This document shows positions 59,658 to 64,000 of a DNA stretch of 64,000 bases, piece after piece. The notes under the pieces were generated by a model, which was given only the letters and a program-made list of their open reading frames with translations, searched no databases and was not told the DNA's origin. The first letter of the stretch is position 1. Each line of letters starts with the position of its first letter. The stretch lies in NCBI GenBank assembly GCA_963706575.1, contig CAVPNL010000014.1, positions 32,001 to 96,000 on the forward strand, given 5' to 3'. The translations under genes were made by a program, and so were the position numbers. This stretch comes from an uncultured delta proteobacterium. GTDB taxonomy: Bacteria > Desulfobacterota > Desulfobacteria > Desulfobacterales > JAHEIW01.

Positions 59658-60290
59658 ATGTCACAAAAAAAGAAAATCAAGATCAACATTGACGATCAAG
59701 AAGCAGTAAAAAATGAAACCGCTGAAAAACCGGATCCCGAAGATGACAAACCACTTAAGAGTGAAAGTGGGGATGCTGATCATGCAGACACCGAAAACTC
59801 CCTGAAAGAAATGGAAGCCCGGTTTCAAGCTAAAGAGGAGGAGGCTAAAGAAACATACGATCGACTTCTGAGGGTTTCGGCCGATTTCGAAAATTATAAA
59901 AAACGGTCATCCCGCGAAATGGAGGAATTTAGAAAGTACGCCAACCAATCTTTGCTCAAAGAGATGCTCTCGGTTGTCGATAATTTGGAACTGGCCATCA
60001 ATTCCTCAAGCGACGGAAAAAACGCCGATAAAACCATGATCGAAGGCCTGAATCTTACCCTTAATGAGATCCTGCGGGTCTTCGAAAAATTTAATGTCAC
60101 CCCCATAGAGGCGCAGGGTAAAACCTTTGATCCTGCCTTCCACGAAGCCGTCATGCGGGAAGAAACAGATGATTATCCGGAAAACAGCGTGATTAGCGAG
60201 TTTCAAAAAGGGTACCTCATCCATGACCGACTGTTGCGGCCGGCTATGGTGGTGGTTGCCGTGCCGAAAACAACACCCCGAAAAGATTGA
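59658..60290 (+). CDS. grpE: Nucleotide exchange factor GrpE
   Basis: ADFENYKKR, FDPAFHEAV, GYLIHDRLLRPAMV. Confidence 0.97.
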   Translation: MSQKKKIKINIDDQEAVKNETAEKPDPEDDKPLKSESGDADHADTENSLKEMEARFQAKEEEAKETYDRLLRVSADFENYKKRSSREMEEFRKYANQSLLKEMLSVVDNLELAINSSSDGKNADKTMIEGLNLTLNEILRVFEKFNVTPIEAQGKTFDPAFHEAVMREETDDYPENSVISEFQKGYLIHDRLLRPAMVVVAVPKTTPRKD

Positions 60291-60371
60291 AAAAAGATTA
60301 GATATACAGGTTAACAGACATATAAATTCATATGAATAAAAGATTTTGGGAAAGTAAGGAGGTAATAGAAA

Positions 60372-62303
60372 ATGGCTAAGGTTATTGGAATTGATCTCGG
60401 CACAACGAACTCATGTGTTGCAGTCATGGAAGGCGGTGACGCCAAGATCATCACAAATCCGGAGGGGGGGCGTACGACACCTTCAATTGTTGCGATTTCG
60501 GAAAGTGGTGAGCGGTTGGTGGGCCAGATCGCAAAGCGGCAGGCAATCACAAATCCGGAAAATACAGTCTTCGCGGTCAAGCGACTGATCGGGCGCAAAT
60601 TCAAATCAAAAGAAGTTCAAACCGACATCAAAATTCTTCCCTACAAAATCGAAGAAGCATCCAACGGAGACGTTCATATCAAAATCAGGGGCAAATCTTA
60701 CAGTCCGGCGGAGATCTCCTCCTTTATTCTGGCCGATATCAAACATTCAGCCGAGGAATATCTCGGAGAAAAATTGACGGATGCGGTCATTACGGTACCG
60801 GCTTATTTTGATGACAGCCAGCGTCAGGCGACAAAGGACGCCGGCAAAATTGCCGGTCTGAACGTATTGAGAATCATTAATGAACCCACAGCCGCATCGC
60901 TGGCTTATGGTTTGGATAAAAAGCGGGAAGAAAAGATCGCCGTATTTGATCTGGGTGGCGGTACGTTCGATATTTCCGTTCTTGAAATCGGTGAGGGCGT
61001 TTTCGAGGTTAAATCCACCAACGGTGACACCCATTTAGGTGGTGAGGATTTTGACTTGCGGTTAATCGATTTTCTGGCGGATGAATTCAAAAAGGATCAG
61101 GGAATTGATCTTCGCAGCGACAAAATGGCCCTGCAGCGGCTCAAAGAAGCAGCCGAAAAGGCCAAGATGGAACTGTCGACATCCATGGAAACCGATGTCA
61201 ATCTGCCCTTTATCACCGCCGATGCCAGCGGTCCCAAACACCTGAACATTAAGCTCACCCGGGCCAAACTGGAATCATTGGTCGCCGATTTGCTGGACAA
61301 ACTCGAACTGCCCTGCCGAACAGCCATGAAAGACGCCGGCCTGAGTTCCAAAGACATCAATGAGGTAATTTTGGTCGGCGGCATGACCCGTATGCCGGCG
61401 GTCCAGGAACGCGTCAAGAAAATTTTTGAAAAAGAGCCGCATAAAGGTGTCAATCCCGATGAAGTTGTTGCCCTCGGTGCCGGAATCCAGGGCGGGGTGC
61501 TGAAAGGGGATGTCAAAGATGTGCTGCTGCTGGATGTGACGCCGCTTTCGTTAGGTATAGAAACGCTGGGCGGTGTCATGACCCGTCTAATTGACAAAAA
61601 CACCACCATCCCGACCAAAAAAAGTCAGATATTTTCGACAGCCGCCGACAGCCAGCCGGCAGTATCGATTCACGTGTTGCAGGGCGAACGGGAAATGGCG
61701 GCCACCAATAAAACCCTGGGCCGTTTCGAACTGGTGGGCATACCGCCCGCCCCGCGAGGCGTGCCCCAGATCGAGGTTACCTTTGACATCGACGCTAACG
61801 GAATTGTCAACGTTTCGGCAAAAGACCAGGCCACCGGAAAAGAACAGTCGATTCAGATTACGGCTTCTTCGGGCCTATCCCAGGAAGAAATTGACCAGCT
61901 CGTTAAGGATGCCGAAATGCATGCCGAAGAGGATAAACAGAAAAGGGAATTGGTCGAAGCCCGCAATTCAGCCGATGCATTGATTTATTCAACCGAAAAA
62001 TCTATCAAGGATCTGGGCGATAAAGTCGACAGCGACACCAAAACCAAAGTTGAAGAATCCATTGCGGCGCTGCGCAAAGCCATGGAAGGCGAGGATACCG
62101 CCGAGATTACGCGTGTCAGCGAAGAACTCACCCAGACATCGCATAAACTGGCTGAAGCCATGTATCAACAGGCCTCTCAAAACGATCAACAGGCCGGGGC
62201 CGGTGCAGAATCCACCGAGCAGGCTGCCGGTGGTGCCGGTGCGGCGGACGAGGATGTGGTCGACGCCGATTTCGAAGAAGTTAAAGACGAAGACAAAAAG
62301 TAA
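60372..62303 (+). CDS. dnaK: Chaperone DnaK
   Basis: [26 protein letters not shown]. Confidence 0.99.
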   Translation: MAKVIGIDLGTTNSCVAVMEGGDAKIITNPEGGRTTPSIVAISESGERLVGQIAKRQAITNPENTVFAVKRLIGRKFKSKEVQTDIKILPYKIEEASNGDVHIKIRGKSYSPAEISSFILADIKHSAEEYLGEKLTDAVITVPAYFDDSQRQATKDAGKIAGLNVLRIINEPTAASLAYGLDKKREEKIAVFDLGGGTFDISVLEIGEGVFEVKSTNGDTHLGGEDFDLRLIDFLADEFKKDQGIDLRSDKMALQRLKEAAEKAKMELSTSMETDVNLPFITADASGPKHLNIKLTRAKLESLVADLLDKLELPCRTAMKDAGLSSKDINEVILVGGMTRMPAVQERVKKIFEKEPHKGVNPDEVVALGAGIQGGVLKGDVKDVLLLDVTPLSLGIETLGGVMTRLIDKNTTIPTKKSQIFSTAADSQPAVSIHVLQGEREMAATNKTLGRFELVGIPPAPRGVPQIEVTFDIDANGIVNVSAKDQATGKEQSIQITASSGLSQEEIDQLVKDAEMHAEEDKQKRELVEARNSADALIYSTEKSIKDLGDKVDSDTKTKVEESIAALRKAMEGEDTAEITRVSEELTQTSHKLAEAMYQQASQNDQQAGAGAESTEQAAGGAGAADEDVVDADFEEVKDEDKK

Positions 62304-62323
62304 TATGCTTTCAACGGTTTATG

Positions 62324-62364
62324 AAAAAATCCCGCAGAAGTCAGCTCAACTGCGGGATTTTTTT
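62324..62364 (+). terminator. Intrinsic terminator after dnaK
   Basis: AAAAAATCCCGCAG-loop-CTGCGGGATTTTTTT. Confidence 0.85.
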
Positions 62365-62404
62365 GGATGCTGAACCTGTCAACACGGACGAACAGAACCG
62401 GCAA

Positions 62405-63002
62405 ATGAGCAACTACGCTGAGATCATCAAACAATATCTCGATCGGCTATACAACTCAGATTCCGATGGATCTGGCAGATAGACTGCCCGCACAAACCGT
62501 CGGAGATGATTTTGTCTTTGAGGCATTTGGGGAATCCTGCCAAATTGGACCGCAGGGCATCAAACTCGGCGATACAACTGAAACCGGACCGAAAGGGGTC
62601 ATCATCTCTTTGTACGCGTTACAGGCAGCCCTTGATTCTTGCGAGTTAACGCCGTTTAAAGCGTTTCGCGAAATGCCCGACAGCATGCCCTATGTCGGGG
62701 CGTTTGCTGCGCATGCGGAACGGGTTTTAATCGATCAGATTGACGGGATCGAATCTCATGCAGATCGAATCGCTCAGCAACTCAAGGGGTCAAAGGGATC
62801 GGATAATGACGCCGGTGATTTTTCATTGATTGTCTACCCGCTGCCCAAAATCGCTTTAAACTATATTTTTTACCGGGCAGATGATGATTTTCCGGTCTCG
62901 GTAACCTGTCTTTTCTCCAATAATGCCGCGACATTTTTACCCACCGACGCACTGGCCGATACCGGTGAATATACCTCCAAAAAAATACTGGAAATCCTTT
63001 AG
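62405..63002 (+). CDS. DUF3786-like protein with an apparent frameshift near its 5' end
   Basis: FREMPDSMPY..F, PLPKI, DDDFP, LPTDALAD resemble DUF3786. The upstream segment MSNYAEIIKQYLDRLYN (62405) is one base out of frame with the 62466 ORF. Confidence 0.65.
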
Positions 63003-63174
63003 CCCATCCAAACGATCCTGATCCAGGAGATGGCGAGCTGGCGGTCGGTGATACTTAACATGTCGTTTTACAATTTTCTGTATTTACAAAAATCTAATAA
63101 TTCCTATTATTGTAAAGGTTGAATTGTTTTTTGATGATTGTTTACAACGGAATACAAATGAAGGAGAAATGCAC

Positions 63175-63621
63175 ATGGAAGTAACAAAAGTTCTCTGGCC
63201 GACTGACTTTTCAAACAGCGCGGAAAAAGCGTTGCCGTATGTGACTTCATTAACCCAAAAATATCAGGCCGAGATCCATGTTCTTTATGTGATCGAGGAT
63301 ATTGCCCATCATGAATCCTGGTATGGTGATTTTGATCGCACGCATGTGGACAAATTAATGGATTGGGCGGAAAAATCAGCCACTAAAAGACTGGAACAGG
63401 TCTGTGAAAAATATCTGGACAGCTGTCCCCTTTATATCAAGCATATCGCCGTCGGCGATCCGGCCCAGGAGATCTTAAAGCTGATCGATAAAGAGAAGGT
63501 GGATATGGTCGTAATGGCCAGCCATGGGGAAAAAGGGCATTATCGCTTTGGCAGTGTCACTGAAAAAGTGGTCAAAAACTCCCCGATTCCGGTCACCACC
63601 ATCCCCATCGAAGCGCGGTAA
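63175..63621 (+). CDS. Universal stress protein
   Basis: VLWPTDFS, GDPAQEI, VMASHG..FGSVTEKV; start after AAGGAG. Confidence 0.93.
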   Translation: MEVTKVLWPTDFSNSAEKALPYVTSLTQKYQAEIHVLYVIEDIAHHESWYGDFDRTHVDKLMDWAEKSATKRLEQVCEKYLDSCPLYIKHIAVGDPAQEILKLIDKEKVDMVVMASHGEKGHYRFGSVTEKVVKNSPIPVTTIPIEAR

Positions 63622-63631
63622 CCGCGCTTCG

Positions 63632-63850
63632 AGGTTCAAAGGTTCAGGGTTCAGCGTTCAGGGGTTCTTCCCTTTGACGGCTCAGCTATTAGTTTAATCG
63701 AGTCGTTAATTGGTTGAACGGTCAAATAGTTTAGAATGGGTAGAATCCTCTGACGAATTGACCATTCAACTAATCAACTATTTAACTATGCCGTATGATC
63801 CCTACTTTCTGTAATCTAACCTCTGAACCTTTGAACGGAGAACCTTGAAA
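63632..63850. repeat. Nested periodic palindrome (outer GGTTCAR, inner 9-mer family related to 43495)
   Basis: ggttcaaaggttcagggttcagcgttcag ... ttgaccattcaactaatcaactatttaacta ... ctctgaacctttgaacggagaaccttgaa. Confidence 0.8.
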
Positions 63851-63864
63851 CCCGACATCCGGGG

Positions 63865-64000
63865 CTACCCACCGGATGTTTGGGGAAAGGCCGTATTGGC
63901 GTAAAGATATTCCATTTTCTCTTTATGCTTCAACTCTTCGTTGGCCATTTTCAACAGCATTTCCCGCAAGTCTCCGTCAGCGTGCAGGTTGGCCAGCTCG
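63865..64000 (-). CDS. C-terminus of a rubrerythrin/ferritin-like protein (partial)
   Basis: Manual translation ELANLHADGDLREMLLKMANEELKHKEKMEYLYANTAFPQTSGG* contains an EExxH diiron motif. Confidence 0.65.
   Translation of the reverse strand, partial: ELANLHADGDLREMLLKMANEELKHKEKMEYLYANTAFPQTSGG

Noticed and set aside
1751..61618. Long antisense ORFs (e.g. 1751-2791, 9347-10195, 13821-14675, 44717-45760, 48827-49672)
   Set aside because: They are shadow frames of well-supported genes with no recognisable motifs.
31759..63850. Intergenic repeats as CRISPR arrays
   Set aside because: Units are 7-10 nt, directly tandem and inverted. There are no 23-47 bp repeats with unique spacers and no cas genes.

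Overview
Mostly core and metabolic chromosome from an anaerobic bacterium that looks like Desulfobacterota (Desulfobacterales-like; inferred from gene content, not from a marker search). Left to right it holds: a MacAB-like ABC efflux operon divergent from an ECF sigma/anti-sigma/periplasmic-protein trio, both sides preceded by the same promoter motif; an unusual acyl-CoA cluster (hydrolase, acyl-CoA dehydrogenase, SCP2/archaeal-type thiolase, an HMG-CoA-synthase-like/DUF35/SDR fusion, and a hydratase-2/SDR/SCP2 fusion resembling a permuted peroxisomal MFE-2); a nitrilase, a PPC protein and a class V PLP enzyme; an RND pump with TolC; fadD; nrdDG with NrdR boxes; proC; a FadR regulator followed by a fused Fe-S flavoprotein amino-acid dehydrogenase, a tungsten-type AOR and a sulfur carrier; yggT-divIVA; pilT/pilU; tilS-ftsH-folP-cdaR-coaX; a large Alu-type SRP RNA; and grpE-dnaK. 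No CRISPR array, rRNA, tRNA, transposase or prophage was found. The most striking unexplained signal is intergenic. About 17 'periodic palindromes' (7-, 8- or 9-nt tandem units followed by their reverse-complement array) fall into several sequence families. There are also several ~147-bp TA-flanked ERIC-like hairpin elements whose stems covary. Several of these elements overlap the stop codon of the upstream gene.
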